This document shows, one piece after another, positions 16,599 to 26,953 of a DNA stretch of 64,000 bases (the first letter of the stretch is position 1; each line of letters begins with the position of its first letter). Below the pieces are notes generated by a model. That model was not told where the DNA came from and searched no databases. It worked only from the letters and a program-made list of their open reading frames with translations. The stretch is taken from NCBI GenBank assembly GCA_963662435.1, contig OY759598.1:2388507-2452506 (forward strand). Direction: 5' to 3'. The DNA comes from Dehalococcoidia bacterium. GTDB taxonomy: Bacteria > Chloroflexota > Dehalococcoidia > Lucifugimonadales > VXLM01. The position numbers and the translations under genes were made by a program.

Positions 16599-17777
16599 GT
16601 TAGCGATGACAACCTCGCTCGGCTCATGACCCTGGCTGACCTGCATACCGAGAAGCTCATGGACCCGGAGTTTCTCAGTTCCAACAATCACGCTCTCTTC
16701 CAACTGGTGGGACTCGATGCACTATGCTCAGTCGTTGGTTGGAGAAAAACGTGTACTGGAGCGAGGGAATACGCCCGAGAAGAGTTTGTCCGGCTGATAC
16801 GGAGTTGGTATACCGTCGAAGGAATTAACGTAGAGAGTTCCCCAACCTACCACTACTGGGTCACAAAGAGGATTCGTGATTTGGGGACCGTTGAGCGATT
16901 CAGACACCCTGACTTGCAAGAGATACTTGAGGAGGCCGACGAGGTCTCCCCCTGGCTGACATATCCAGACGGCAGGTGGGTCCGCGTGGGGGACAGCCAT
17001 GGCGAAGGTCCTCAGTTGACCGGCCCCGTCCCGTCTACGTGCCTTCCAGATGACGGAGGCTGTTGGGCGGTTCGAGACCTGAGCAAGTCGGGCTATGCGC
17101 TTGTCCGATCGTTGCCGGAGGTCGAAGTAAGCCGGTCGAGTATGCTGTTCGTCGGCGGGACAATGGCTCCAACCGGCCACAAGCACGCTGATGACCTCGG
17201 ATTCATACTCATAGAGGGTGGTCAGGACATTTTCATCGACAGCGGAAGATACGGTTACAACTATGATGCGGCCCGTAGCTACGTGTTGAGTGCGCGTGCG
17301 CACAACATACCGAGCCTCGTGGGTAGGCGAATCGATCCCTACGTTATCGATCCTGAGAAGTCGCATCTGGGACCACTCAGGGTGGAGGATGGACACTTCA
17401 CCATCAGTGGAGTCGTAGACAGACCGTGGCTGCTCGTCCACGAACGAAAGCTATCGTACATTCCAGGGGTGATGCTTCGGATAGAGGATGAGCTGGAGAA
17501 CCGAACCGATTCCCCGTGGCAGTCAAATATACATCTTGCGCCTGGACTAATGCCCAAAGTAAGCGAGACTGGATTCGTGGTCGCCGCCGGCGAATTGACC
17601 GTGCAGGCGGAGTTTGGCGGTGAGGGTTGCAGTTTATCTGCAGTCCGGGGACAGACGAATCCTTACCAGGGTTGGGTGTCCGTCGGATACCTGGAGCTTG
17701 CCCCGGCTTCGGTTGTTGTCGCGACCTGTCCCGCCGACTTGGCAGAGAGCTCATGGCACATCACGTTTGAGCGCTGA
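16599..17777 (+). pseudogene. Heparinase II/III-family protein, 3' part
   Basis: NNHALFQ, ESSPTYH, PDG....GDS, HKHADDLGF, IDSGRYGY, AHN motifs; in frame with 12586-13131 after IS removal (574 aa in total). Confidence 0.82.
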
Positions 17778-17848
17778 CTTGCCAAACGTAGTAGGCTAAC
17801 TCATAAGCTGAAACAGTACTACGGAGTCGTCAGAGGTAGCAGGCTGAT

Positions 17849-18964
17849 ATGCGCATACTGTCAGTCGTTGGGACACGTCCCGAAGCCGTGAAGATGGCAA
17901 TGGTGGCGCGCACCCTGACAGCAGCCGAGGGAATCGAGCATGAACTGTGTGTTACCGCACAGCATCGGGAGATGTTGGACTCGGTACTGCGACTGTTCGA
18001 ACTTATACCTGACCATGACCTGAACGTAATGACCCCTGGACAGGACCTCACGGACGTCACTGGTGCGGTCTTGACCGGAATGCGAGAAGTGCTCTCGGAG
18101 GTCAAGCCCGATCGCGTTCTCGTTCAGGGCGATACGACAACGGTCCTGGCAACGGCATTGGCAGCGTTCTACGCTAAGATTCCCGTTGGGCACGTGGAGG
18201 CGGGCCTTAGGACCGGTGACATGTCGGCGCCTTGGCCCGAGGAGATGAACCGCAAGCTGGCCGACGCGATATGCGACCGTCATTACGCCCCGACTGAGAC
18301 GGCGCGCCGAAGACTGTTGGAGGAAGGCCTACCGGACTCCGGGATCGTCGTGACCGGCAATACGGTAATTGACTCACTCCTGCACATCATCGAGCGGCTG
18401 AAGAACGATTCGGAGCTTGTAACTGAGGCGGAAGAACGCCTGCCCAAAAGGGACCATGCGCGCAGGCTGATTCTCGTAACCGGGCACAGACGGGAGAGCT
18501 TTGGCGTGGGCTTCGAGCAAATCTGCCGGGCAATCGCCCAGATCAGCATGCGCGACGACGTGGAGATCGTGTATCCAGTGCATCTGAATCCGAGAGTTCG
18601 CGAACCCGTCTTCCGTCATCTTGCCGATCTTCCCAATGTTCATCTGATAGAACCTCTAGACTATTTGGCATTCGTGCATCTGATGAATGAAGCGCACCTG
18701 ATCGTGACGGACTCCGGAGGGATTCAGGAGGAAGCCCCCTCTCTGGGGAAGCCCGTGCTCGTGATGCGCGATACGACAGAGCGACCGGAGGCAATTTCCG
18801 CAGGGACGATGAAGCTGGTGGGAACGTCCGCTCCACGCATAACCTCGGAAGTTTCGCGGCTGTTGGATCAACCTGACGCTTATGCATCCATGGCGCGAAT
18901 ACACCATTCCTACGGCGACGGGCGGGCCAGTGAACGGATACTCAAGGACTTGACCGGTGGCTAA
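17849..18964 (+). CDS. wecB: UDP-N-acetylglucosamine 2-epimerase (non-hydrolysing)
   Basis: GTRPEAVK, QGDTTT, HVEAGLR, HRRE, TDSGGIQEEAPSLGKP. Confidence 0.95.
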   Translation: MRILSVVGTRPEAVKMAMVARTLTAAEGIEHELCVTAQHREMLDSVLRLFELIPDHDLNVMTPGQDLTDVTGAVLTGMREVLSEVKPDRVLVQGDTTTVLATALAAFYAKIPVGHVEAGLRTGDMSAPWPEEMNRKLADAICDRHYAPTETARRRLLEEGLPDSGIVVTGNTVIDSLLHIIERLKNDSELVTEAEERLPKRDHARRLILVTGHRRESFGVGFEQICRAIAQISMRDDVEIVYPVHLNPRVREPVFRHLADLPNVHLIEPLDYLAFVHLMNEAHLIVTDSGGIQEEAPSLGKPVLVMRDTTERPEAISAGTMKLVGTSAPRITSEVSRLLDQPDAYASMARIHHSYGDGRASERILKDLTGG

Positions 18965-20216
18965 GGGCTTGGAGCGAGTTTGTGTTGTGGGTCTCGGCTA
19001 TGTAGGGTTGCCTACTGCGGCTGTCTTGGCAAGTCGTGGAGTCGACGTGATTGGAGTAGACATCGACGGCGACCGTGTCGAGGAGATCAATTCAGGACTG
19101 TCGCCACTTGAAGAACCGGGGCTGGACACCCTGATCGCGAAGGCGGTAGAGTCTGGCCTCTTGGCAGCATCTGCCAATCCTGAGACCGCCGACGCATTCA
19201 TCGTGGCTGTGCCGACTCCTGTCAGAGAAGACCGGAGCCCTGATACAAGCTATGTGCGCGCGGCGGTCGAATGCGTGGCTCCTATGCTGAGAAAAGGCAA
19301 CCTCGTGGTCGTGGAGTCGACGTGTCCCGTCGGGACGACCGAGAAGGTCTGCGAGTGGCTGTCGATGGCGCGACCTGACCTGACGTACCCTCACGCCGTA
19401 GGCGAGACGAGCGACATACGTGTGGCATACTGCGCCGAGCGCATTCTGCCGGGGAACGCCTTGAAAGAGCTGGTCGAGAACGACCGTGTCATCGGCGGAG
19501 TGAGTTCGTCATGCGCAGAGGCGGCGAAGCGGCTTTACGAAATGTTTGTCGAAGGGGAATGTAGGGTTACGGACGTACGCACTGCCGAACTGTCGAAGCT
19601 ATCAGAGAACGCCTTCAGAGACGTCAATATTGCATTCGCCAACGAGATTTCGATGGTTTGCAGTGCCCTGGGCATTGATCCGTGGGAAATGATAGCGCTT
19701 GCAAACAGGCATCCCAGGGTAGATATCCTCAACCCAGGGCCCGGCGTCGGGGGCCACTGCATACCGGTTGACCCCTGGTTCATCGCCGACGCGGCACCCG
19801 ATCTCACGCCAATAATCCAGACCGCACGCCGGGTAAACGATGATATGCCGAAAGTGATAGCGGACAGGGTGATCGCGGAATGTGAAGGCATTGAAAGCCC
19901 TGTGGTCGTGTGCCTGGGACTGGCCTACAAGGCGGATGCGTCAGACCTGCGAGAGAGTCCGTCCATTGAAGTTGTTAAACTACTGCAGGGACGTTTCGGA
20001 GGAAGACTACTGGTCGTCGAACCATTTGTATCCGAGCTCCCGGGGGAGTTGAGGAGCGACGGGAAGACCAATCTCGTCGGACTTGACGAGGGGCTGACGG
20101 AAGCAAACGTCGTGGTGCTGCTCACGAACCATAGCGTCTTTTTGGATATAGACGGAGAGCTGCTTTCCTCGAAGGTGGTGGTGGACTCCCGCGGGCTCTG
20201 GAAGCGCATTGGCTGA
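18957..20216 (+). CDS. wecC: UDP-N-acetyl-D-mannosamine dehydrogenase
   Basis: GLGYVGLP, VESTCPVGTT, ENAFRDVNIAFANE, PGPGVGGHCIPVDPWF. Confidence 0.92.
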   Translation: MAKGLERVCVVGLGYVGLPTAAVLASRGVDVIGVDIDGDRVEEINSGLSPLEEPGLDTLIAKAVESGLLAASANPETADAFIVAVPTPVREDRSPDTSYVRAAVECVAPMLRKGNLVVVESTCPVGTTEKVCEWLSMARPDLTYPHAVGETSDIRVAYCAERILPGNALKELVENDRVIGGVSSSCAEAAKRLYEMFVEGECRVTDVRTAELSKLSENAFRDVNIAFANEISMVCSALGIDPWEMIALANRHPRVDILNPGPGVGGHCIPVDPWFIADAAPDLTPIIQTARRVNDDMPKVIADRVIAECEGIESPVVVCLGLAYKADASDLRESPSIEVVKLLQGRFGGRLLVVEPFVSELPGELRSDGKTNLVGLDEGLTEANVVVLLTNHSVFLDIDGELLSSKVVVDSRGLWKRIG

Positions 20217-20273
20217 ATATTCCGGTCGTCATCCACGATCAAGCACCGGTATGAGCGTTGGAACGCAAGCGAG

Positions 20274-21518
20274 ATGAAAATCGTCGTACTCACCCAGAAC
20301 TTTCCGCCTGAGGTCGGAGCAACTGCCGTCCGCCTGCAGAGAATGACGAGGAGTCTTGCTGAGCGGGGCCACCAGGTCACCGTCATCACGGCGATGCCGA
20401 ATTACCCAACCGGTAGAGTTTTCGACGGGTATCGCGGCAAGGTCAGATCTCTAGAGGAGTCCGATGGCATCAGGGTAGTCCGTACGTGGTCTCTTCCTAC
20501 GAAGTCATCGAACTCGATCCTGAGGTTGATCAGCTACGCATCGTTCGCGCTGTCAAGTCTCCTTCTCGGAACAAGAGGCCTGGGACGGCAGGACATCGTC
20601 CTTTTCGATACTCCTCCCCTGCCCCTTGTTCCGACTGGGCTTGCTATGGGACGTGTCACCGGCGCCCGAGTGGTCATGAACGTGTCCGATATCTGGCCTG
20701 AGATGGCAATGCAGCTGGGATATCGAGTAGGAAGACTCTCGATATGGGCGTTGAAAAGGCTGGAACGTCTCGGTTACGAGAAGTCCGATATCGTGACCAC
20801 GACCACAGATGCAGCAAGGGAGAGAATCAGCCAACGATTTCCCCACGTCCGGACCGCGGTTATCAGCAATGGCGCAGACCTGAAGACGTTCGATCCATCG
20901 CTCAGGAGTCAAGAAGTCCGCGATTCGCTAAACGCCAAGCCAGATGATTTTCTGGTCTGCTACATCGGCCTGCACGGCATGTTCCAGGGTTTAGAAGTCG
21001 TCTTGGAAGGGGCAGAGAAAATGCGGGAGAACAGGACGATCAAGTTCGTCATGATAGGAGACGGTCCCCGCAAAGAAGCCCTCAAGAAACTTGCAAGGCA
21101 CAAGGACCTGGACAATCTTCAATTCCTCGACCTTGTGGACAGCGAGAGAATTCCTTCGATTCTCGCCTCGTGCGATGCGGCTCTTGTCCCGCTTGCGGCA
21201 GAGTTTCCCAGCACAATGCCGTCGAAAGTCTATGAGACCCTGGCCTCCGGCGTGCCGGTGGTTATCAGCACGGGATGCGAGGGCGCCAGAGTAGTGGAAG
21301 AAGGCAAGGCGGGGCTGACCTTTAGTCCGGGTAATGCCATGGAACTTGCGGAGGCAATTGCCTATCTGGAGGCAAACAAGGAAGAAGCGGCACTGATGAG
21401 AAAGAAGTGTCGAGAACTCGCCTGCCACTTCGATTACGACCGAATTGCAGAGCAGACCGAGTCTTTCCTGCTGGCGATCGCGGACGGGTCAGCCAGTCCC
21501 TCATACAAGAGAGAGTGA
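20274..21518 (+). CDS. Glycosyltransferase family 4 (WbuB-like)
   Basis: NFPPEVGA, PNYPTG, DIWPE, PSKVYETLASGVPV. Confidence 0.88.
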   Translation: MKIVVLTQNFPPEVGATAVRLQRMTRSLAERGHQVTVITAMPNYPTGRVFDGYRGKVRSLEESDGIRVVRTWSLPTKSSNSILRLISYASFALSSLLLGTRGLGRQDIVLFDTPPLPLVPTGLAMGRVTGARVVMNVSDIWPEMAMQLGYRVGRLSIWALKRLERLGYEKSDIVTTTTDAARERISQRFPHVRTAVISNGADLKTFDPSLRSQEVRDSLNAKPDDFLVCYIGLHGMFQGLEVVLEGAEKMRENRTIKFVMIGDGPRKEALKKLARHKDLDNLQFLDLVDSERIPSILASCDAALVPLAAEFPSTMPSKVYETLASGVPVVISTGCEGARVVEEGKAGLTFSPGNAMELAEAIAYLEANKEEAALMRKKCRELACHFDYDRIAEQTESFLLAIADGSASPSYKRE

Positions 21519-21688
21519 CTGTCCGCGAAGCTGCTGAGCACTTCGGCCAAAGTTCTCTGCCAAAGTTCAGAGAATAGTTATACTTTGCCTATATGACCCT
21601 TCTAGACACATTGATGAACATGTGCGATAGTAGGGCCGTTAATGCGTGTGACTTCACGTAGCCAAGATACATTAGGAGGCAGTTCGAA

Positions 21689-22249
21689 ATGGAAGCAGTT
21701 TTTCTGATTCTCATTGGGGCGGCGTTGTTTGCTCAGTCCTGGAATCTCATGGGGCTGTACTCAGACGGTAGGACAACAGGGATATTCGTCGGCGGCTTGG
21801 GGTTGATGTCGCTATTGGCTCTCGTGCTGGATCCGATGTTGTTGACCGGGTCCGGCGACAAGACGATCTCGGCGGCAAATCACCTTGCGGAGATCACGGC
21901 GATGAAGGTACTGATCGGCGCGTGGGCACTCTACTGCGTAGGCGTGGCCGCCCAGGCGATCTGGGACTTGGAGGACCGCAGCGTGGGGTTCTACGGTCTG
22001 ATCCTGACCGTCACCACCGCCGTCGTTTTCCTCTACTACGCCTCAACCCTAGAGCCTCGATATGGAGAGGGCGCCTGGCTGGGACTGTCCGTAGGGGCGC
22101 TGCTTCTTTCAATAATGTCCGCGATGGTCTTCTTCGCGTTCGGGTTCACGTTCAACGTGATGCGGGCAGTGGCCGCCTGGTTCCTGCTGCTTGGAGGAGC
22201 AACAGTGGGTGTTATCGGACTGGCGATCGTCTCGCGCGCAATTGCGTAG
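21689..22249 (+). CDS. AmiS/UreI-like six-TM membrane channel (putative urea/amide)
   Basis: 186 aa hydrophobic protein; LIGAALF and V.A..IWDL.DR.VGFY patterns resemble the AmiS/UreI family; RBS AGGAGG. Confidence 0.5.
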   Translation: MEAVFLILIGAALFAQSWNLMGLYSDGRTTGIFVGGLGLMSLLALVLDPMLLTGSGDKTISAANHLAEITAMKVLIGAWALYCVGVAAQAIWDLEDRSVGFYGLILTVTTAVVFLYYASTLEPRYGEGAWLGLSVGALLLSIMSAMVFFAFGFTFNVMRAVAAWFLLLGGATVGVIGLAIVSRAIA

Positions 22250-22315
22250 TGCGCGAAGGTCGACATTGGCCAAGATGATGAGGCCGTCGAGGCCAAGAGC
22301 AAGAGGAAAGGCATA

Positions 22316-24298
22316 ATGGGCGACGAGTTGATGTCGATCAAAGAGATACTAGACGCTAGCGAGCGTGAGGCCGCGCTGTACGAATGGAAGGGTACTTTCG
22401 CCGACTACCTGGCGATGGTGATTGAGAACCCTTCGATAGCCAAGCTGGCTCACGCTCGCGTCCGGGACGCGATTCTGGCTAAAGGCGTTGATACATCGCC
22501 AACAGGCGAGCCGATCTACAGGCTGTTCGAGGATCACATATTCGGCCTCGAGGAAGTACTGGAGAAGGTCGTCGAGTACTTTGAGGCAGCCTCGAAGGGT
22601 ACGGAGACAAGGAAGCGAATTCTCCTTCTCTTAGGCCCCCCGGCAAGCGGAAAGTCTACTATTGTCGCCCTAATGAAAACGGCGCTGGAAGAGTACTCAC
22701 GTACCGACGAGGGCGCCGTTTACGCCATCGCCGACTGTCCGATGCAGGAGGAACCTCTCCATCTCGTTCCTCACGCCATTCGTCCCGCTCTGAGGGAACA
22801 ATACGGTATCGAGGTCGAGGGGGAACTAAACCCCAGAAATCGGTATCTCCTCAGGACAAAGTACAACGGACGGATGGGAGACGTGCCCGTGGAGAGGGTC
22901 GTCTTTTCCGAGCACGAGGCCGTCGGCATTGGGTACTACGTAGCCACAAACCAGGACGCCGACTCTGCGCTGCTTGTCGGCAGCATTGATGACGACCGTC
23001 TTGAAGGGACTCGCACCGAGGTTGCGGGCAAGGCGTTCCGGATGGACGGCGAGTTCAACGTAGCGAACAGGGGCCTGATAGAGCTTGTCGAGATGTTCAA
23101 GGCCGACAAGCACCTGCTGACGGCGCTCCTGGGACTTGCGCAAGAGCAAGTGATAAAGATGGAGAAGTTCGGCTCGATCTACGCCGAAGAGGTGATAATC
23201 GGGCATTCGAACGAGGGAGACTTCAACACCTTCGCAGTCGATGAGCATTCGGAGGCGTTAAAGGACCGCATCATTGCGATTCAGGTACCCTACAATCTGC
23301 GCGTTCATGAGGAAATGAAGATCTACCGGAAGGTGACCGCCTGGGGCGAAGAGACGGGCATTTGTATTGCTCCGCTGGCGATCCAGGTAGCCAGCACGTA
23401 CGCCGTGCTCTCCCGGCTTGACCAGCCTACCCGCCAGGGAATGACCCTGCTTGAGAAGATGCGCCTCTTTGACGGGCGTAGAGTAGGATCGTACACGCGT
23501 CAGGACTTGGCGGAAATGAAGCGTCAAAACCCCAGTGAGGGAATGAAGGGGATATCCCCTCGGTACGTGATGAACCGGATCTCCGCGGTGGCAAGCATTC
23601 CAGACATCAGGTGTGTGTCTCCCCTTGCCGTGCTCAACAGTCTCTGGGAGGGGATGAGCGAGAACATCAGCATTGACGAGACCGATAAGGCCGCTTCGAT
23701 AAGGCTGGTCGCCGACACCGTCAGCGAGTACAACGAGCTTGCCCTTGGTGAGATCCAGCGGGCATACAACGAGTCTTTCGACGACACGGCAGCCTTGTTG
23801 CTGTCCAGGTACATCGAGGACGTTCGCATGTACAAGGCGAATGACCCCGAGCTTGAAGAATCAGACATGCAGGAACTCGAGCGCGCGGTCGACATTCGAG
23901 AACGGGACAAGAGGGCGTTCCGCCTGGAGATCGACCGGCTGGTATCCATCTATGAAAGTCGCGGACGGCAGTTTGACTACACGGCTGAACCTAGACTTCA
24001 GGCGGCGATCGAAGCCCGGCTCTTCCCTACGACCCGAGACCTGGACCGCGGACTAACCAGGCCTCGATCGAGTCGCCAACGGGCGGAGTGGACGCAGAGG
24101 CGAATTTCGATTGTCAACCGGCTGATCGAGAAATACGGGTACTGTGCAGACTGCGCAGAAGATCTCCTTGAATACGTCACGGAGCTTCTACAAAACACTA
24201 CCATGCTCAAGACCCCCAAGAATCAGGATATTGAGTGGCAGTGGGAGCTCTATCCGAGAGAAGCGACCTTGGTTTCTCCTTCTGAGGAGAGCAAATAG
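22316..24298 (+). CDS. prkA: PrkA/YeaG-family AAA+ serine protein kinase
   Basis: LLLLGPPASGKST, CPMQEEPLHL, ANRGLIELVEMFK, EALKDRI, EGMKGISPRY, YGYC..CA. Confidence 0.9.
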   Translation: MGDELMSIKEILDASEREAALYEWKGTFADYLAMVIENPSIAKLAHARVRDAILAKGVDTSPTGEPIYRLFEDHIFGLEEVLEKVVEYFEAASKGTETRKRILLLLGPPASGKSTIVALMKTALEEYSRTDEGAVYAIADCPMQEEPLHLVPHAIRPALREQYGIEVEGELNPRNRYLLRTKYNGRMGDVPVERVVFSEHEAVGIGYYVATNQDADSALLVGSIDDDRLEGTRTEVAGKAFRMDGEFNVANRGLIELVEMFKADKHLLTALLGLAQEQVIKMEKFGSIYAEEVIIGHSNEGDFNTFAVDEHSEALKDRIIAIQVPYNLRVHEEMKIYRKVTAWGEETGICIAPLAIQVASTYAVLSRLDQPTRQGMTLLEKMRLFDGRRVGSYTRQDLAEMKRQNPSEGMKGISPRYVMNRISAVASIPDIRCVSPLAVLNSLWEGMSENISIDETDKAASIRLVADTVSEYNELALGEIQRAYNESFDDTAALLLSRYIEDVRMYKANDPELEESDMQELERAVDIRERDKRAFRLEIDRLVSIYESRGRQFDYTAEPRLQAAIEARLFPTTRDLDRGLTRPRSSRQRAEWTQRRISIVNRLIEKYGYCADCAEDLLEYVTELLQNTTMLKTPKNQDIEWQWELYPREATLVSPSEESK

Positions 24299-24390
24299 GC
24301 CTGGGTGAACCGGGGTGATCTCGGTTCCTGAACCGTGTGCTTGAGTTCGGCGCAATCCGTAGAGACCCCATCCTTGAGGAGACTTGACCC

Positions 24391-24864
24391 ATGAGCGTAC
24401 ATCTCGAAGCCGGCGATAGGGCACCCTCCTTTTCCCTTCCATCATCCAGCGGAGGCAACGTTACGTTGGACGAAATGCAAGGGAAGAAGGTGGTGTTGTA
24501 CTTCTATCCCAAGGACGACACTCCGGGCTGCACCAAGGAGGCGTGCGGGTTCCGTGACAGCAAGGACGAGTTGGACAGGGAGGACCTCGTCGTTCTTGGC
24601 GTAAGCGCCGATGATCTCGACTCGCACCAGCAGTTTATCGATAAGTTCCACCTGAACTTCCCTCTGCTCGCCGATGTCGACCGCAAATGCATAGAAGCAT
24701 ATGGGGTATGGGGCGAGCGGACGTACAAGGGAAGAACGATCGAGGGCGTCCTCCGAAAGACCTTCCTCATCGACGAGGAGGGCACGATCATGAAGTCCTG
24801 GCACGAGGTCGACCCGGAGGGACACGCCCAGGAAATTCTGCAGGTCGTACAGGGCGGAGGCTGA
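24391..24864 (+). CDS. bcp: Peroxiredoxin BCP/PrxQ
   Basis: YFYPKDDTPGCTKEACGFRD. Confidence 0.95.
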   Translation: MSVHLEAGDRAPSFSLPSSSGGNVTLDEMQGKKVVLYFYPKDDTPGCTKEACGFRDSKDELDREDLVVLGVSADDLDSHQQFIDKFHLNFPLLADVDRKCIEAYGVWGERTYKGRTIEGVLRKTFLIDEEGTIMKSWHEVDPEGHAQEILQVVQGGG

Positions 24865-24892
24865 CGCCGCTTCCGTTCGCCACGCAGTTCCG

Positions 24893-26146
24893 ATGCGCTC
24901 AATGAACGTCTCTGACAGACTCGAGGAGCGTCTTGGCGGGGCGACGTTCTCCGTCATCAGGAGTATCTCCCGGACCGCTTCATGTCTCGGCGTCGAGTTG
25001 TATGTCGTTGGCGGAACCGTGAGGGACGCGCTCACTGGCAAGTCACCCGTCGATGTCGACATCATGGCGTCGAGGGAGACTGAACGGCTCGTCGAGTCGA
25101 TTGTCGGACAGGGCAACGCATCAGTCCGCAAGGCCTCGGAATTCGGGACATGGTCGCTCACCGTTCAGGACATCGAGCTGGACCTTTCGACTGCCCGACG
25201 TGAGACTTACGATCGTCCCGGCGCTCTTCCGACTGTGTTCCCCGGCACGATAGATGACGATCTGGCGCGACGGGACTTCACCATTAACGCGATGGCGATA
25301 TCGCTGAACGGAGTCTCATGGGGCGACCTGCTCGATCCGCACGGCGGGGTGAAAGATCTGGAACGCGGGCTTATTCGCGTACTTCATGACCGAAGCTTCG
25401 TAGACGACGCCACACGAGTGCTTCGGGCCATCCGTTACGCATGCCGCCAGGGCTTTCAGCTTGAGGCGCGGACCAGTGAATTGCTGGAGCAGGGGCTGCC
25501 CTATCTGAGCACCATCAGCCCCGACCGCGTGAGGCACGAGTTCGAGCGCATATTCAATGAACCTCGCGCCGCGAAGATGGTCGAGTTTGCGGGTAGACTG
25601 GGAGTGCTTTCTGCAGTCCATCCTGCGCTTAGAGTGGACACGACGTCGCTAAGGGCGATTGATGCGGCGCCGGAGGCTGACGCTCGGAGGGCCGAGTTGC
25701 TGCTGGGTTCCATCGTGCAGTCCATTGGTGACGACGATGTGGATTCAGTGGTCGAACGGCTCAATCTCAATGCTGAGTGGGCGTTGGTCGTTCAGGACGT
25801 GGTGAAGGTACACGGACGGTCAAAGGAACTCATGGACGAGAACATTGCGAAGAGTCGCGTGTACCGGCTGCTGCATGGCCTCAATGGCAGCGCCATTGAG
25901 TCGTGTGCGATGGCTGAAACCGACCCGAGGGTAGCTGCTAGGCTCCGACTGTACCTCCACAAGTTGCGGCATGTTCAGACTTCACTGGACGGAAACAACC
26001 TGATGGAAATTGGAGTGCCGCAGGGTCCGGCAGTTGGACAGATGCTTGATAAGCTGTTGGACGCTAGGCTTGACGGACTTGTGGTTTCGGCGGAGGACGA
26101 GTGTGGACTGGCGCGCCAACTTCATGAGGACGAAGACGGTGGCTAG
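24893..26146 (+). CDS. Class II tRNA nucleotidyltransferase (CCA- or A-adding)
   Basis: VVGGTVRD...DVDI, RRETYDRPGALP, DLARRDFTINAMA, DDATRVLRAIRY. Confidence 0.9.
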   Translation: MRSMNVSDRLEERLGGATFSVIRSISRTASCLGVELYVVGGTVRDALTGKSPVDVDIMASRETERLVESIVGQGNASVRKASEFGTWSLTVQDIELDLSTARRETYDRPGALPTVFPGTIDDDLARRDFTINAMAISLNGVSWGDLLDPHGGVKDLERGLIRVLHDRSFVDDATRVLRAIRYACRQGFQLEARTSELLEQGLPYLSTISPDRVRHEFERIFNEPRAAKMVEFAGRLGVLSAVHPALRVDTTSLRAIDAAPEADARRAELLLGSIVQSIGDDDVDSVVERLNLNAEWALVVQDVVKVHGRSKELMDENIAKSRVYRLLHGLNGSAIESCAMAETDPRVAARLRLYLHKLRHVQTSLDGNNLMEIGVPQGPAVGQMLDKLLDARLDGLVVSAEDECGLARQLHEDEDGG

Positions 26147-26152
26147 GCACCA

Positions 26153-26860
26153 TCAACTCATGCGCTGAAGGTCAGTCTCGCTCAAGTGGGGTCGGATGTT
26201 TTCAACGAAATGCCCCAGGGTCTCTTGAGGATCGGCGTCCGTGGTGTCGAGGGCGAACTTTCGCTCGATAAGGCTCGCCTCGTATTCCTCACGGAAGCGG
26301 TCGAGGACGAAGGGAACGTCCTGTTCCTTGAGGATGCCGCGAACGCGGGGGTGCTCAGACAAACGCCGGGCCACCGTGGTGGAATCGGCTGTCAGGAGTA
26401 CCAGCACCATGTCCGGTGCATAGGGGAGTAGCTCGGCGTCCCACTCACGCGCCCTCGCCGTGCGGTCAGCGAAGGAATCAGGCGCGCCGTAGCCGTAGTA
26501 GAGGGGCGCGTAGACGGCTTCCGCATAGTAGAAGTTGATGAACAGCACGTCGTCAGCACCGATCAGGCCTGGATGCATGTGCCGCCAGATATTGTGACGC
26601 TGAAGCTGCTCGAGGACGTTGGGACGGAGGGACATGATCTGCTCTTCGTCCTCATCCGTGTTCAGGTCATGTCCGTCCTTGCCGATGACGGCGTCAGAGC
26701 CGTCCGCGGTTATGATCGTATGTTGGTCGAGTCGGGGGACCACAAAGTGGTCGTGCCACCGGACGAGGGACACACCCATATTCTCGATCATCCAACGGGA
26801 TATGTTGGCGGCCAGGGTCGCCTTGCCAGTGTACTCGCAGCCGATGAGGATGAGTCGCAT
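26153..26860 (-). CDS. P-loop nucleoside monophosphate kinase-like protein
   Basis: N-terminal LILIGCEYTGKAT P-loop variant, VLVLLTAD..V..R lid, LDTT near the C-terminus. Confidence 0.55.
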   Translation of the reverse strand: MRLILIGCEYTGKATLAANISRWMIENMGVSLVRWHDHFVVPRLDQHTIITADGSDAVIGKDGHDLNTDEDEEQIMSLRPNVLEQLQRHNIWRHMHPGLIGADDVLFINFYYAEAVYAPLYYGYGAPDSFADRTARAREWDAELLPYAPDMVLVLLTADSTTVARRLSEHPRVRGILKEQDVPFVLDRFREEYEASLIERKFALDTTDADPQETLGHFVENIRPHLSETDLQRMS

Positions 26861-26953
26861 GAGATTTCTTGCGGTTGGGAACCTTGTGGCCGTCTACGCT
26901 TCGTCGGACTCAGCGCGAATAGGTACGTGAGTTCATCACGAACGGGGCATAGG

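Noticed and set aside
16542..17777. An independent 411-aa gene
   Set aside because: Its first ~19 codons lie in the transposon end and TSD; the rest is the 3' half of the interrupted gene. The possible restart is listed as a finding.
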